From an uncultured Kiritimatiellota bacterium (GTDB taxonomy: Bacteria; Verrucomicrobiota; Kiritimatiellia; RFP12; DVOR01), in contig CALXSH010000003.1 in assembly GCA_944391065.1 (NCBI GenBank), forward strand, positions 7,871 through 71,870: a stretch of 64,000 nt of DNA, read 5' to 3'. Each line of letters starts with the position of its first letter. The stretch's first letter is position 1. The position numbers were made by a program, and so were the translations under genes. Below are positions 46,415-56,450 of this stretch, piece after piece. The notes under the pieces were generated by a model. The model was given only the letters and a program-made list of their open reading frames with translations, did no database searches and was not told the DNA's origin.

Positions 46415-47163
46415 CGGCGGCGCCTCCCGACAAAGTAATAGGGTTCATACGTCAGCGTCACGCCGCCCTCCGGGGCCGGAAAGGCCGTCGCGTAACGGTC
46501 CCCGAGCTCCGCGAGGCGGGCCCGTGTCCAGGGCGTCCGGTCGGTATTGGTGGCCGTCACGCCCGTCTCCTTCAGATGCCGCAGCACCTCCGCGGCACCG
46601 TCAAACCGCAGCGTCACCGTCTCCCGGGCGCTCTCCAGCGGCTCGAACCGTGCCCCCAGCATTTTGCCGAAGGCCTCAAAATCCGGATAGGTCAGCCCTG
46701 TGCCCGTCAGCGTCCGGATCTCCCGCAGCGTCGCTGGGCCGAACGACGCCACCGCCAGATAACCCTCCGGCCGCAGCGCAGCCGCGCAGCGTTCCGCGAA
46801 GGCCTCCAGCCCTGGAAACCACTGCACCGCCGACGCCGTCGCGATGACGTCCACCTCCTTTGGGAAGTCTGCCGTCGTCGCGTCGCCCGGCACGAACCGC
46901 GTCCGCGGCACGTTGGAGAAGCAGATGCCCATGTCGGGGCAGATGTCGTTAAGCAGAATCTCCGCCGGCGCGAACCGCGCCAGGAGCTGACGCGTCAGCA
47001 GTCCCGTCCCGCAGCCGATCTCAAAGATCCGCGGCGCCAGGATATGCAGATGGCGTCCCAGCAGCTCAGTGAGACGCTCCGCGGCGCGGCGCTGGGCCGT
47101 CGCCTGCCGCTCGTAGGTCGTCACGGCCCGCGCGAACCGGTTGATCAGCCGCGGTCCGTTCAT
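46411..47163 (-). CDS. bioC: Malonyl-[ACP] O-methyltransferase BioC (class I SAM MTase)
   Basis: Start MNGPRLINRFARAVTTYERQATAQRRAAERL at 47163 (BioC-typical N-terminus). SAM motif EIGCGTGLLTRQL. About 250 aa. The longer 490-aa ORF extension is a spurious read-through. Confidence 0.65.
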   Translation of the reverse strand: MNGPRLINRFARAVTTYERQATAQRRAAERLTELLGRHLHILAPRIFEIGCGTGLLTRQLLARFAPAEILLNDICPDMGICFSNVPRTRFVPGDATTADFPKEVDVIATASAVQWFPGLEAFAERCAAALRPEGYLAVASFGPATLREIRTLTGTGLTYPDFEAFGKMLGARFEPLESARETVTLRFDGAAEVLRHLKETGVTATNTDRTPWTRARLAELGDRYATAFPAPEGGVTLTYEPYYFVGRRRR

Positions 47164-47804
47164 CCCTGCCCTCCGCCCAGCAGCTCCGCGAAGAGCGCGC
47201 GGTCCCAATGGGCCCCCGGCCGACTCTCGGCGAAGGGAAAGGCCCGCAGCTGGTTGGCCTGCGGGAAGATGCGGTCGCCCGTGCACGCGATGGCCCGCGT
47301 CCAGACGAAGCCCGGCACCGGTTTCGAACGGATCCCTTCTCCCAGCGCGCGCAGCTCGGCCTCCAGATCGGCGGTTCCGCGCTTCGGCGCGTGGGCCATG
47401 AAGTCCTTCAACGCCTCCCCGCCGCCGCACATGCGCCTGCGGAACCGCGTCAGCCCCGCCTCGCCGAATCCCGCCAGCGTCGCGTCGAAAATCTCCGGCG
47501 GGATGCCCCGCTCGGCGTCGATCGGCCAGGGCGTGCCGTTGACGGCGATGGCCTCGCGCACGGGGCGCTCCCCCAGGACCTGCATGGCCGCCCACACGCC
47601 CATCGACCAGCCGATGACGCGCAGCGCCTCCCCCCGTCTGCCGTTCAGGAAAGGCAGCTCCGCGGTGAGGTCCGTGTAGTCCCGGACAATGGCGGTGGGG
47701 CCCGGTCCGATCAGCGGCCGGAAGGGCTCGGCGTCCATCCCCCAGCCCGCGAAAAGGACTGTCAGGGGGGCGTCCGATGTGGCGTTGAACAGGTCGTACT
47801 GCAT
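47160..47804 (-). CDS. bioG: Pimeloyl-[ACP] methyl ester esterase BioG (DUF452 alpha/beta hydrolase)
   Basis: 214 aa. MQYDLFNATSDAPLTVLFAGWGMDAEPF...VIGWSMGVWAA with the nucleophile-elbow GWSMG. ATGA overlap with bioC. Confidence 0.6.
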   Translation of the reverse strand: MQYDLFNATSDAPLTVLFAGWGMDAEPFRPLIGPGPTAIVRDYTDLTAELPFLNGRRGEALRVIGWSMGVWAAMQVLGERPVREAIAVNGTPWPIDAERGIPPEIFDATLAGFGEAGLTRFRRRMCGGGEALKDFMAHAPKRGTADLEAELRALGEGIRSKPVPGFVWTRAIACTGDRIFPQANQLRAFPFAESRPGAHWDRALFAELLGGGQG

Positions 47805-47909
47805 AGGCCCATTTTATCACAGTTGAAAATGAGGTATAATCGGCCGCCTGATGGGAGCGGTGCCCGCCCGAAGCGGGAGCCACGGCCGAAAGGCTTTATT
47901 GAGGTACGT

Positions 47910-50672
47910 ATGGTTCGAGACAAACGATTCGCGCGCCGCACGCTGTGCACCTTTGCTGTCTTCGCGGCGGTCTTCCTGTTCTATTTGCTCACGGCGGCCT
48001 ATGTGCCGTACCCCGGTGAATCGGCCACCTATCTGGCCTCCTTGGTTTTCCCCTGGCAGTATGAGACGCCGCAGGGCGGCATGCTCGGCAGTCTGCTGAC
48101 GTACCTTGTGACCGCCGCCGCCTCGCCGGGTGCTCTGATGACGGCCGTCTCCGTCCTCGCCGCGCTCTGCGGCGCCATCGCCGTCACGGCCGTCTTCCGC
48201 GTCGTCTACTTCACCGTCCAGTTCTCCAGTCTCGATCTGGAGGGCGTCCGCGCCGGGGAAATTCCCCGTACCACGGGCGACATTGCCTTCTGCGCCGAGG
48301 TTACCGGCCTGGCCGCGGCGGCCGTTGCCGCCGTTACTGTCCCCCTCTGGGCCATTGCCACCCGTCCCCTTCCCGCCACCGTCCCCGTTGCCCTCGTCGG
48401 TCTCGCCTGGGCCCTTGCTGCCGAACTCCGCTACCGTCAGGCCCTTCTCGCCCGGGACTATACCGCCACGCTGCGTTTCGGCGAAATGGCTCTGATCGCG
48501 CTGACGGCCTTCTTTTCCTTTCTGGCGCTCTTTACGGACATGACTCTGCTCCTGCCGCTTCTGCCGGCGCTGATCATTCTTTTCATGCCCTTCGTGCTGC
48601 CGACCATGCTCTTCCGTCTGCGGGCACTTCCCTGTCTGCTGACCGGTATCGTCCTGGCCGCTCTTGCCGCTCTTGGGGTTGCCCGCCTCTGGCTTGATGC
48701 CTTTGCCGTCGATCCCTCGGGTTCTGCCTTCGCCTTTTGGGCCAACAGTCTCTCGGGCGGCATGGCCACGCTGAATCGGGTGCTCTTTGTGCCCACCGAG
48801 GCCATTGCATTGGCCCTGCTCGCGCTCTCCGCGGCACTGATGCTGGGCTGCTTTCCGGCCGCTTACTGCAGCTTTGGCAAACCCCTGATCGGCCAGCTGG
48901 TGGCCCTTGCCATTCCCGTTGCCGCCCTTTGCGGTTGGCCTGAGGCCTTTTGGGGGGAGATGCAGCAGCCCTCCGTCCTTGCCGTGGCCGCTTCCTCTCT
49001 GGCTGTGGCCGTCACGTGCACCGTCGTCGGTTCCTGGTGCCGCTGCTGGCTCGATGTCCACATGGCGTGGCGCCCTGCGCGTGCCTATGCCATTGCCGGC
49101 GGCATTGTCTTTGTGCCGCTGCTTACCCTCACCGCGATCGCGGTCTGGACCGGGTGGCGCAGCGGCGCCGGCTTCCCCGCCCGTCTTGCCTTCCGCGACT
49201 GCTGGGCGGCCTATGAGGAGGCCGTCGGCCGGGACAGCCGCCTCTGGCTCAGCAGCACCGCCCGCGTGAGTGATGCCTTCGTTCTGTACCGTCATATCAA
49301 CGGTCAGACCATCGCCATCGCTCCGGTCCGTCTCCTTCTCGGCCGCAACTACGATGCCTTCCGTGATCGGACTGTCGCCGGCGAACTCCGTGACGACCCC
49401 GTCGTGACCGAACTTGCCGGCATCGGCGCTTCCTCCGTCCGCATGTATCTTGAGTACGATGCGGATTATGCCGGCTACCTGGCCGATGCCGACCATACCG
49501 AGCGGGCCGCCGAAGCGCTCGTCGGCATTGCCGAACACCTCAGGACCACGGACTACGGCAGGACTCCCGCCGGAAAGATCAGCATCGCCAAGGCCCGTGC
49601 CTGGGCTGCCCGCTGTTATGCCGCCATTGCCCTCGGGATGCCCCCTGCCGACGCCCTCCGGCTCCTTCGCCTGGCGGCATCGCTCAACCCCTCCAACCGT
49701 GCCTATCCCCTCGGCATCTTCGCCGCCGCCCAACGTGCCGATGCCCCCGTCACCGCAGACGAGCGCCTCGCGGTCACCCGCATTCTGGAGGCCGATCCGG
49801 CCCTCAGGGCGCCCACTTGGTGGCAGGTCGATGCCTTCGATGCCGCCGAGGATGTCGTCCGCACCCCTGCCTTCGATGCCGCCCGCCGTATGCGTGCCGT
49901 CCGCAATGGCCCCCGCCGTCCGGCCATTGACCGACTGATTGCCATGTACCGCACCGATCCCGGCAGCCTCAGTGCCGTCGAACGTGCCGTTGCCCTCCTC
50001 GAGCTCCCCGAACAGGAGGCCGGAGCGATACTGTTGGAGCGCGGCGCCCTCCAGCCTTCCGATGTCCTCCTCTACCTTGCGGCCTATCCCTTCACAGAGA
50101 CCTCCATGGCCTTGGCCAGGCGCTATCCGGACTTCCTGAAGGAGGACGAGGCCGTCGCCCGGTGCTACGACGCCTCCAATATCCGGCATATGGCTCCCGG
50201 CCGCATGACCGACATGGCTGCCGCCTACTTTGCTCAGAAGGCTTCCAATATCAGAGCCCTCCTCCTTGTCTCGCTCTGCTTCAGAGAGGGCGACATCGAC
50301 CGTGCCCGGGAGTTCGTCTCCGGCTTTCTCCTGGAGGAGCGCCTGCCGCGCACCGCCTATACGGCCGAACATCTTCGCCTTCAGGTCCTGCGTCGTCTGG
50401 TCGAGACCCCCGACCGCGGCCGCGCCGTCGTCGAGGGCTGGCTCCGGTCCCACCCCATCCAGTCTGCGCTCTGGACTTACCTGCTCGAGGAGGTCCCCTT
50501 GGCGCCCGATGAGCGCCGCGCCGCCGTCCAGGCCTGCCTGGCCGTCCTGCCCACCCATCCCGAAGCCTCCCGACTCGAGGCCGAATATATCCGTAGCCTC
50601 CATGGAGACGGGGCCGCGGCGCGTTATCTCAATGCCGTCCGCCGCGCGGCATCCCTCCGAAAGGAATATTGA
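47910..50672 (+). CDS. DUF2723/TMEM260-like polytopic membrane protein (putative GT-C glycosyltransferase) with C-terminal helical repeat domain; paralogous in architecture to 26951-30343
   Basis: ATG at 47910, in frame with ORF 47208-50672. About 13 TM in the first 470 aa, with a YPGESATYL loop motif after TM1. The C-terminal 450 aa are Ala/Leu/Arg-rich and helical, with TPR-like repeats. Confidence 0.6.
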   Translation: MVRDKRFARRTLCTFAVFAAVFLFYLLTAAYVPYPGESATYLASLVFPWQYETPQGGMLGSLLTYLVTAAASPGALMTAVSVLAALCGAIAVTAVFRVVYFTVQFSSLDLEGVRAGEIPRTTGDIAFCAEVTGLAAAAVAAVTVPLWAIATRPLPATVPVALVGLAWALAAELRYRQALLARDYTATLRFGEMALIALTAFFSFLALFTDMTLLLPLLPALIILFMPFVLPTMLFRLRALPCLLTGIVLAALAALGVARLWLDAFAVDPSGSAFAFWANSLSGGMATLNRVLFVPTEAIALALLALSAALMLGCFPAAYCSFGKPLIGQLVALAIPVAALCGWPEAFWGEMQQPSVLAVAASSLAVAVTCTVVGSWCRCWLDVHMAWRPARAYAIAGGIVFVPLLTLTAIAVWTGWRSGAGFPARLAFRDCWAAYEEAVGRDSRLWLSSTARVSDAFVLYRHINGQTIAIAPVRLLLGRNYDAFRDRTVAGELRDDPVVTELAGIGASSVRMYLEYDADYAGYLADADHTERAAEALVGIAEHLRTTDYGRTPAGKISIAKARAWAARCYAAIALGMPPADALRLLRLAASLNPSNRAYPLGIFAAAQRADAPVTADERLAVTRILEADPALRAPTWWQVDAFDAAEDVVRTPAFDAARRMRAVRNGPRRPAIDRLIAMYRTDPGSLSAVERAVALLELPEQEAGAILLERGALQPSDVLLYLAAYPFTETSMALARRYPDFLKEDEAVARCYDASNIRHMAPGRMTDMAAAYFAQKASNIRALLLVSLCFREGDIDRAREFVSGFLLEERLPRTAYTAEHLRLQVLRRLVETPDRGRAVVEGWLRSHPIQSALWTYLLEEVPLAPDERRAAVQACLAVLPTHPEASRLEAEYIRSLHGDGAAARYLNAVRRAASLRKEY

Positions 50673-50678
50673 CCCCCT

Positions 50679-51755
50679 ATGCTGACCGCCGATTTTGACT
50701 ATAAACTCCCCGAAGAACTCATCGCCCAGACCCCCCCGGAGGTCCGCGGCACCTCGCGTATGATGGTCCTTGACCGTTCCCGCCCCGGCGTCGAGCACCG
50801 CCACATTGCTGACATCGTCTCTTGCCTCAAACCCGGCGATCTCCTCATCCTCAACAATACCAAGGTCTTCCCCGCCCGTATCCTCGGCCACTGGGAAGAC
50901 ACCCTCGGCGCCGCCGAACTCCTCCTCCTCGACAATCTCCGTGTCGAGACCTTCCGGGACGGCCGCTACACCTGCGAATGGCGCTGCATGTGCGGCAGCG
51001 GGCGCCGTTCCCGTATCGGCCACACCATCCTCTTCTGCGAGGGCCGACTCCGGGGCCTCATTCTCGACAAGGATGCCGAGGGCACATCCGCCGTCCGCTT
51101 CACCGCCGAGGCCCCCCTCCTCGAGCTCCTCGACCGCTACGGCCTCACCCCCGTCCCTCCTTACATCCACCGCACCGCCAACGACCCCGAGCTTGCCCGC
51201 CTCGACAAGGAGCGCTACCAGACCGTCTATGCCCGTGAGGTCGGCGCCGTCGCCGCCCCCACCGCCGGGCTCCACTTCACCGAGGCCATCCTTGCCGACC
51301 TCGAGGCCAAGGGTGTCCGCCGCGCCTTCGTCACCCTCCACGTCGGTCCCGGCACTTTCAAGCCCGTCAAGGTCAGCCGCGTCGAAGACCACCGCATGGA
51401 CGCTGAGTTCTACAACGTCCCCGAAGAGACCGCCCGCCTCATTGCCGAGACCAAGGCCGCCGGCGGCCGTGTCGTCGCCGTCGGCTCCACCTCCGTCCGC
51501 ACCCTCGAGACCGTTGCCGCCGAACACGACGGGCAGGTGGTCGCCACCCACGGCAAGAGCTCCATCTTCATCTATCCCCCTTACCGCTTCGCCGTTGTCG
51601 ACGCCATGCTTACCAATTTCCACCTTCCCCAGTCCACCCTCATCATGATGGTTTCCGCCCTCGCCGGCCGCGAACGCATCATGGCTGCCTACGCCGAAGC
51701 CGTCGGGAAACGCTACCGCTTCTTCTCCTACGGCGACTGCATGCTGATCCTCTGA
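50679..51755 (+). CDS. queA: S-adenosylmethionine:tRNA ribosyltransferase-isomerase QueA
   Basis: MLTADFDYKLPEELIAQTP...VPPYIHR...VGPGTFKPV...FFSYGDCMLI, canonical QueA N- and C-terminal motifs. 358 aa. Confidence 0.9.
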   Translation: MLTADFDYKLPEELIAQTPPEVRGTSRMMVLDRSRPGVEHRHIADIVSCLKPGDLLILNNTKVFPARILGHWEDTLGAAELLLLDNLRVETFRDGRYTCEWRCMCGSGRRSRIGHTILFCEGRLRGLILDKDAEGTSAVRFTAEAPLLELLDRYGLTPVPPYIHRTANDPELARLDKERYQTVYAREVGAVAAPTAGLHFTEAILADLEAKGVRRAFVTLHVGPGTFKPVKVSRVEDHRMDAEFYNVPEETARLIAETKAAGGRVVAVGSTSVRTLETVAAEHDGQVVATHGKSSIFIYPPYRFAVVDAMLTNFHLPQSTLIMMVSALAGRERIMAAYAEAVGKRYRFFSYGDCMLIL

Positions 51756-51887
51756 GCCGCACTTGCCCCACGGCTTTGTTTGAATTGTGTTATACTTTTG
51801 TCAGACGCCGGGGCCGCGCCCGCGGGGACTTCCGGCGTATCCGTCGGTATTGCAACGCCATCATCGGCATCAATCAAGGAGCAGACA

Positions 51888-52211
51888 ATGACGATCGATC
51901 ATCTCACCGCCGACACCTTTGATGCGGCCATCGCTTCCGGTGTCGTCCTTGTGGATTTCTGGGCCACCTGGTGCGGCCCCTGCAAGATGCAGGGCGCCAT
52001 CCTCGACAAGATGACCCTCCCCCCGGAACTCGACGGCAAGGTTCGTGTCTGCAAGCTCGACATCGACCAGGCCCCCATGGTCGCCGCCAAGTTCCGCGTC
52101 CAGACCATTCCCACGATCCTTATCTTCAAGGACGGCAAGGTCGTGGACACGTCGATCGGCGTCCAGCGCGCCGACGTTCTCGCCGAAAAGCTTACAGCGG
52201 CCCTCGCCTGA
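51888..52211 (+). CDS. trxA: Thioredoxin
   Basis: ATG at 51888 with AAGGAG RBS. WCGPC active site (VLVDFWATWCGPCKM). 107 aa. Confidence 0.9.
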   Translation: MTIDHLTADTFDAAIASGVVLVDFWATWCGPCKMQGAILDKMTLPPELDGKVRVCKLDIDQAPMVAAKFRVQTIPTILIFKDGKVVDTSIGVQRADVLAEKLTAALA

Positions 52212-52231
52212 CGCGGGGCCGCTTTTCTTTT

Positions 52232-52786
52232 ATGAAGCGCCGTCTCTTCTGCCTCGCCGCCTTGCTGCTGGCCGTTTTGCCGGCCTATGCCCAGCGCGGC
52301 GTCATCTCTCCCGCTCAGCAGGCCTACGCCCAGCAGGCCCAGATTCTTCGTGATCTTCAGCGCTCCGTCCAGGTCCTCACCGCCCGCGTCGAAGCCGTTG
52401 ACACCCGACTCTCCGCGATGGCCTCGCGCATCGAAGCCTTGGAGCGCGGCGGCGAATCCGCCACCAAGGACGAGGTCGCCGCCCTCCGCGCCGACCTGAA
52501 TGCCGTCCGCGCCTCCCAAGGTACCCTTCGGGCCGAAATCGTCGACGACATTGCCGGCAAAATGGCCGCACTTCAGGCCAAGCAGGCCGCCGCCCAGGCC
52601 AGAGCCGCCAGAGAGGCCGCCGCGGCTGCCAAGTCCGGCTACAGTCACACCGTCGAGGCCGGCCAGACCCTCTCGGCCATTGCCCAGCACTACAAGGTCT
52701 CCGTCAAGGCCATCATGCGGGCCAATAACCTCACCGATCCGAGCCTCATCCGCGTCGGTCAGGTGCTCTTCGTCCCCGATCCCTGA
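52232..52786 (+). CDS. Secreted coiled-coil protein with C-terminal LysM peptidoglycan-binding domain
   Basis: Signal peptide MKRRLFCLAALLLAVLPAYAQ. Gln/Ala-rich coiled coil. LysM motif YSHTVEAGQTLSAIAQHYKVSVKAIMRANNLTDPSLIRVGQVLFVP. Confidence 0.7.
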   Translation: MKRRLFCLAALLLAVLPAYAQRGVISPAQQAYAQQAQILRDLQRSVQVLTARVEAVDTRLSAMASRIEALERGGESATKDEVAALRADLNAVRASQGTLRAEIVDDIAGKMAALQAKQAAAQARAAREAAAAAKSGYSHTVEAGQTLSAIAQHYKVSVKAIMRANNLTDPSLIRVGQVLFVPDP

Positions 52787-52851
52787 CCGTCCGGACGCCC
52801 CTAACCCCATCCCCGTTCCCGTCTCTTCACCCCAAGTCCAAGGTTAAAGCC

Positions 52852-54597
52852 ATGCTCGCCTCCTTCTTCGCCCAGGCCGCCGGCGCCTCCTTCTCCGCCG
52901 GCGTCGCCATCGTTGCCGCCCTCCTTGGCGGTCTCGGCATCTTCCTGCTCGGCATGGAGCAGATCTCTACCGGCCTTCAGGCCGTCGCCGGCCCGCGCAT
53001 GCGCAAGCTCGTCGCCGCCGCCACGACCAACCGCTTTGCCGGCATCACCACCGGTACCGTCGTCACGGCCATTATCCAGAGCTCCTCCGTCACCACCGTC
53101 ATGGTTGTCGGCATGGTCACCTCCGGCATCATGACCCTTGTCCAGGCCATCAACGTCATCATCGGCGCCAATATCGGTACCACCGTCACCGCCTGGCTGG
53201 TCGCCACCTTCCCCAAGATCGGACCCACCACCATCATGGGCATCATCGGTGTCGCTGCCATCGTCTATCTCTTTGCCAAACGCGAAAGCTGGAAGTACAT
53301 TGGCCTCATCTTCCTCGGCCTTGGCCTCATCTTCTTCGGCCTTGACCTCATCAACAACGCCCTCGAGCCTATCTCCCAATCTGACGGCCTCCGCGAAGCC
53401 ATGGCTCTCTTCAGCGCCGTCGAGCCCGATGGTTCCTTCTACCTCTGGGGCATGATCAAGTGCGTCTTCGTCGGTGCCATCGCCACCGCCATCGTCCAGA
53501 GCTCCTCGGCCACCACCGGTATCGCCATCATCCTCGTCACGACCGGCAACATCGACTTCTACACTGCCGCGACCCTCGTGCTCGGCATGAACATCGGCAC
53601 CACCATCACCGCTTGGCTCGCTGCCCTCGGCGCCCCCACCAATGCCCGCCGCGCTGCCTTGGCCCACTCCCTCTTCAACGTCATCGGCGTGATTATCATG
53701 GTTCCCCTCTTCCCGATCCTCCTGCCGATCGCCAATGACGTCTTCAGCATCGTTCAGACCGACGCCAACGGCGTCGTCGACACCGCCCGCGTCGCCTTCG
53801 GCGTCGCCGGCGTTCACACGGCCTTCAACGTCGTCAATACCTGCATCTTCCTCCCCCTCGTCCATCCCTTCGCCTGGCTCATCACCCGCATCATCCCCGA
53901 CTCCAAGATTCGCGAGAATCCCCGCCTCACCGTCATCGACTCCACCCGCGTCGCCCCTGTCGTCGCCGTCGAACAGGCCCGCAAGGAGGTCGAATACATG
54001 TGCTCCCGCTGCGAGGAGATGCTTGACGACTTCCGCAAGGTCCTCACCGGCGAATCGGACGATGAATTGGAGCAGAATCTCTTCCGCTCCGAGGACGCCC
54101 TCGACGTCATCCAGCATGAGGTCTCCACCTTCCTCGGCGTCATCATGTCCAAGAACCTCCCCTCCGAGGTCGCCCTCCGCGCCCGCATGCTTCTGCGTGT
54201 CGCCGACGAATACGAGTCGGTCTCCGACGAAGTCGCCGCCCTCCTTCGTCAGATCCTGCGTATGCGCAAGAGCGGGATGAAGATCTCCGACCGCGGCGCC
54301 TCCGACATCCTCAGCCTCCATGACCTCTGCCGCGGTTTTGCCGCCACCGTCAACGAAGGCTTCCGCCAGGGCAAGGCCCATGCCCAGGACGTCCTTAGCC
54401 ATCTCCATACCGACGCCGCCACCATCTCTGCCCGCGTGAAAGAAATCCGCAAGGCCCAGATGACCCGTATGGCCGACCACGACCCGACCATCGATCCCCT
54501 CTGCGTCGTCGTCGTCCTCGACGTCCTCAATATCTACCGCCGTCTCAAGGAAGACTGCCTCAATATCGGCGAAGCCATGCTCGACGAAGGCCGCTGA
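52852..54597 (+). CDS. Na+/phosphate cotransporter family protein (NptA-like, with PhoU-like C-terminal domain)
   Basis: 581 aa. Duplicated Na/Pi-cotransporter repeats with QSSSxTT motifs (IIQSSSVTTVMVVG and IVQSSSATTGIAI). C-terminal cytoplasmic helical PhoU-like region. Confidence 0.85.
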   Translation: MLASFFAQAAGASFSAGVAIVAALLGGLGIFLLGMEQISTGLQAVAGPRMRKLVAAATTNRFAGITTGTVVTAIIQSSSVTTVMVVGMVTSGIMTLVQAINVIIGANIGTTVTAWLVATFPKIGPTTIMGIIGVAAIVYLFAKRESWKYIGLIFLGLGLIFFGLDLINNALEPISQSDGLREAMALFSAVEPDGSFYLWGMIKCVFVGAIATAIVQSSSATTGIAIILVTTGNIDFYTAATLVLGMNIGTTITAWLAALGAPTNARRAALAHSLFNVIGVIIMVPLFPILLPIANDVFSIVQTDANGVVDTARVAFGVAGVHTAFNVVNTCIFLPLVHPFAWLITRIIPDSKIRENPRLTVIDSTRVAPVVAVEQARKEVEYMCSRCEEMLDDFRKVLTGESDDELEQNLFRSEDALDVIQHEVSTFLGVIMSKNLPSEVALRARMLLRVADEYESVSDEVAALLRQILRMRKSGMKISDRGASDILSLHDLCRGFAATVNEGFRQGKAHAQDVLSHLHTDAATISARVKEIRKAQMTRMADHDPTIDPLCVVVVLDVLNIYRRLKEDCLNIGEAMLDEGR

Positions 54598-54672
54598 GAC
54601 CGCTCGGCGTCCTCATCGGGCGGCGGACTCCCGCCTCATGACGCATCCGGGATTGCCCGGGCTCCGGCACGG

Positions 54673-54710
54673 AAAAAGCCACGGCACATGCCGTGGCTGT
54701 CCGTTTTGTT
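54673..54710. terminator. Rho-independent (bidirectional) terminator between the Na/Pi transporter gene and ettA
   Basis: AAAAAGCCACGGCA-catg-CCGTGGCTGTCCGTTTT. Confidence 0.6.
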
Positions 54711-54781
54711 GATACAAAAGCAAACTCCCGCTGCCGATCCGGTCGCCGCAGGCTTCCGATGCCCGAAGGGCACGTGCAGTG

Positions 54782-56437
54782 TCAGTGACGGACGGGGCGG
54801 AACTTGATGCGGTGCGGCTTATCGGCGTCGTCGCCGAGCTCCTTGCGGCGCATCTCGTGGTAGTCGGAGTAGGAACCCTCGAACCAGCGGACCTTGGAGT
54901 CGCCCTCAAAGGCGAGGATGTGGGTCGCGATGCGGTCGAGGAACCAGCGGTCGTGGGAGACGACGACGGCGCAGCCGCCGAAGTCCTGGATGCCCTCTTC
55001 AAGCGAACGGAGGGTGCCGACGTCGAGGTCGTTGGTCGGTTCGTCGAGGAGGAGCAGGTTACCGCCGGCGCGGAGGAGCTTGGCGAGGTGGACGCGGTTG
55101 CGCTCGCCGCCGGAGAGGACGCCGACCTTCTTCTGCTGGTCGGTGCCGCGGAGGTTGAAGCGCGAACAGTAGGCGCGGCCGTTCATGAGACCCTTGCCGG
55201 CGAGATTGACGTAGTCGCCGCCGCCGGTGATTTCCTCGTAGACGGTGTGGTTGGGGTCGAGGGCCTCGCGGCTCTGGTCGACGTAGCTGAGGACGACGGT
55301 CTCGCCGACGCGGAGCTCGCCGGAGGTGGGCTTGAGTTTGCCGGTGATGAGCTTGAAGAGGGTGGTCTTGCCGGCGCCGTTGGCGCCGATGACGCCGACG
55401 ATGCCGCCGCGGGGAAGGTCGAAGTTCACGTGCTCGAAGAGGATGCGGTCGCCGAAGGCCATGGAGAGGTCGGTGGCGCGGACGACGAGGTTGCCCAGGC
55501 GCGGGCCGGGGGGGATCTGGATTTTGAGCTCTTCCTCGCGGGTGTCGACCTGTTTGGCGACGAGCTCCTCGTAGCGGGCCAGGCGGGCCTTGCCCTTGGC
55601 GCGGCGGCCGGAGGGGTTGGTGTGGATCCACTCGAGCTCTTGCTGGATCATCTTGCGGCGGCTCTCGGCCTGCTTGGCCTGGGCGGCCATCATGGCCTGC
55701 TTCTGTTCGAGCCACTGCTCGTAGTTGCCCTTGTAGGGGTAGGTGCGGCCGGCGTCCATCTCAAGGATCCACTCGGTGACGTTGTTGAGGAAGTAGCGGT
55801 CGTGGGTGACGACGATGAGGGTGCCCTTGAACTTCTTGAGGAAGGCTTCGATCCAGGCGACGGATTCGGCGTCGAGGTGGTTGGTGGGTTCGTCCAGGAG
55901 GAGGACGTCGGGATTGGAAATCAGGATCCGGCACATGGCGACGCGGCGCTTTTCGCCGCCGGAGAGGACGCCGGCTTTGGTGTCGGGGTCGGCGCAGCGG
56001 AGGGCCTCCATGGCGAGCTCGACCTGGTGGTCAAGGTTCCAGAGGTCATTGGCGTCAATCTGCTCCTGGATGCGGGCCATTTCTTCCTCGGCGCCGGGTT
56101 CGTCGAGGCGGCAGCAGAGGTCTTCGTACTTCTCGAGGAGGGCCTGGGCGCCGGCAACGCCCTCCATGACGCATTCGCGGACGGTCTTGTCGGGGTCGAG
56201 CTCGGGCTCCTGGGGGAGGTAGCCGATCTTGGCGTTTTTGGCGACGAGGCAGGTGCCCATGTAGTCTTTGTCGAGGCCGGCCAGGATTTTGAGGAGAGAG
56301 GATTTGCCGGAGCCGTTGGCGCCGATGACGCCGATGTGGGCGCCGTGGAAAAAGGCCAGATTGACGTCGTCCAGGATCACCTTCTTTTCGTGGTGCTTGG
56401 TGACGTTCATGAGGTTGAAAATGTATTCGCCTGCCAT
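54782..56437 (-). CDS. ettA: ABC-F family ATPase, energy-dependent translational throttle EttA-like
   Basis: 551 aa. Two ABC domains (Walker A GANGSGKSS and GANGAGKTT; signatures LSGGEKRR and LSGGERNR) separated by a PtIM-like linker. No TMD. EttA-like length and arm region. Confidence 0.85.
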   Translation of the reverse strand: MAGEYIFNLMNVTKHHEKKVILDDVNLAFFHGAHIGVIGANGSGKSSLLKILAGLDKDYMGTCLVAKNAKIGYLPQEPELDPDKTVRECVMEGVAGAQALLEKYEDLCCRLDEPGAEEEMARIQEQIDANDLWNLDHQVELAMEALRCADPDTKAGVLSGGEKRRVAMCRILISNPDVLLLDEPTNHLDAESVAWIEAFLKKFKGTLIVVTHDRYFLNNVTEWILEMDAGRTYPYKGNYEQWLEQKQAMMAAQAKQAESRRKMIQQELEWIHTNPSGRRAKGKARLARYEELVAKQVDTREEELKIQIPPGPRLGNLVVRATDLSMAFGDRILFEHVNFDLPRGGIVGVIGANGAGKTTLFKLITGKLKPTSGELRVGETVVLSYVDQSREALDPNHTVYEEITGGGDYVNLAGKGLMNGRAYCSRFNLRGTDQQKKVGVLSGGERNRVHLAKLLRAGGNLLLLDEPTNDLDVGTLRSLEEGIQDFGGCAVVVSHDRWFLDRIATHILAFEGDSKVRWFEGSYSDYHEMRRKELGDDADKPHRIKFRPVRH

Positions 56438-56450
56438 GGCGGGGACTCCT

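Noticed and set aside
47817-51623. 1268-aa minus-strand ORF (and similar giants at 26600-30313 +, 52801-54480 -, 54779-56470 +, 56268-59693 +)
   Set aside because: Gly/Asp/Glu/Ala-rich low-complexity translations lying exactly antisense to well-supported genes (DUF2723-like, queA, Na/Pi transporter, ettA, gyrA). These are typical stop-poor antisense frames in about 68% GC DNA.
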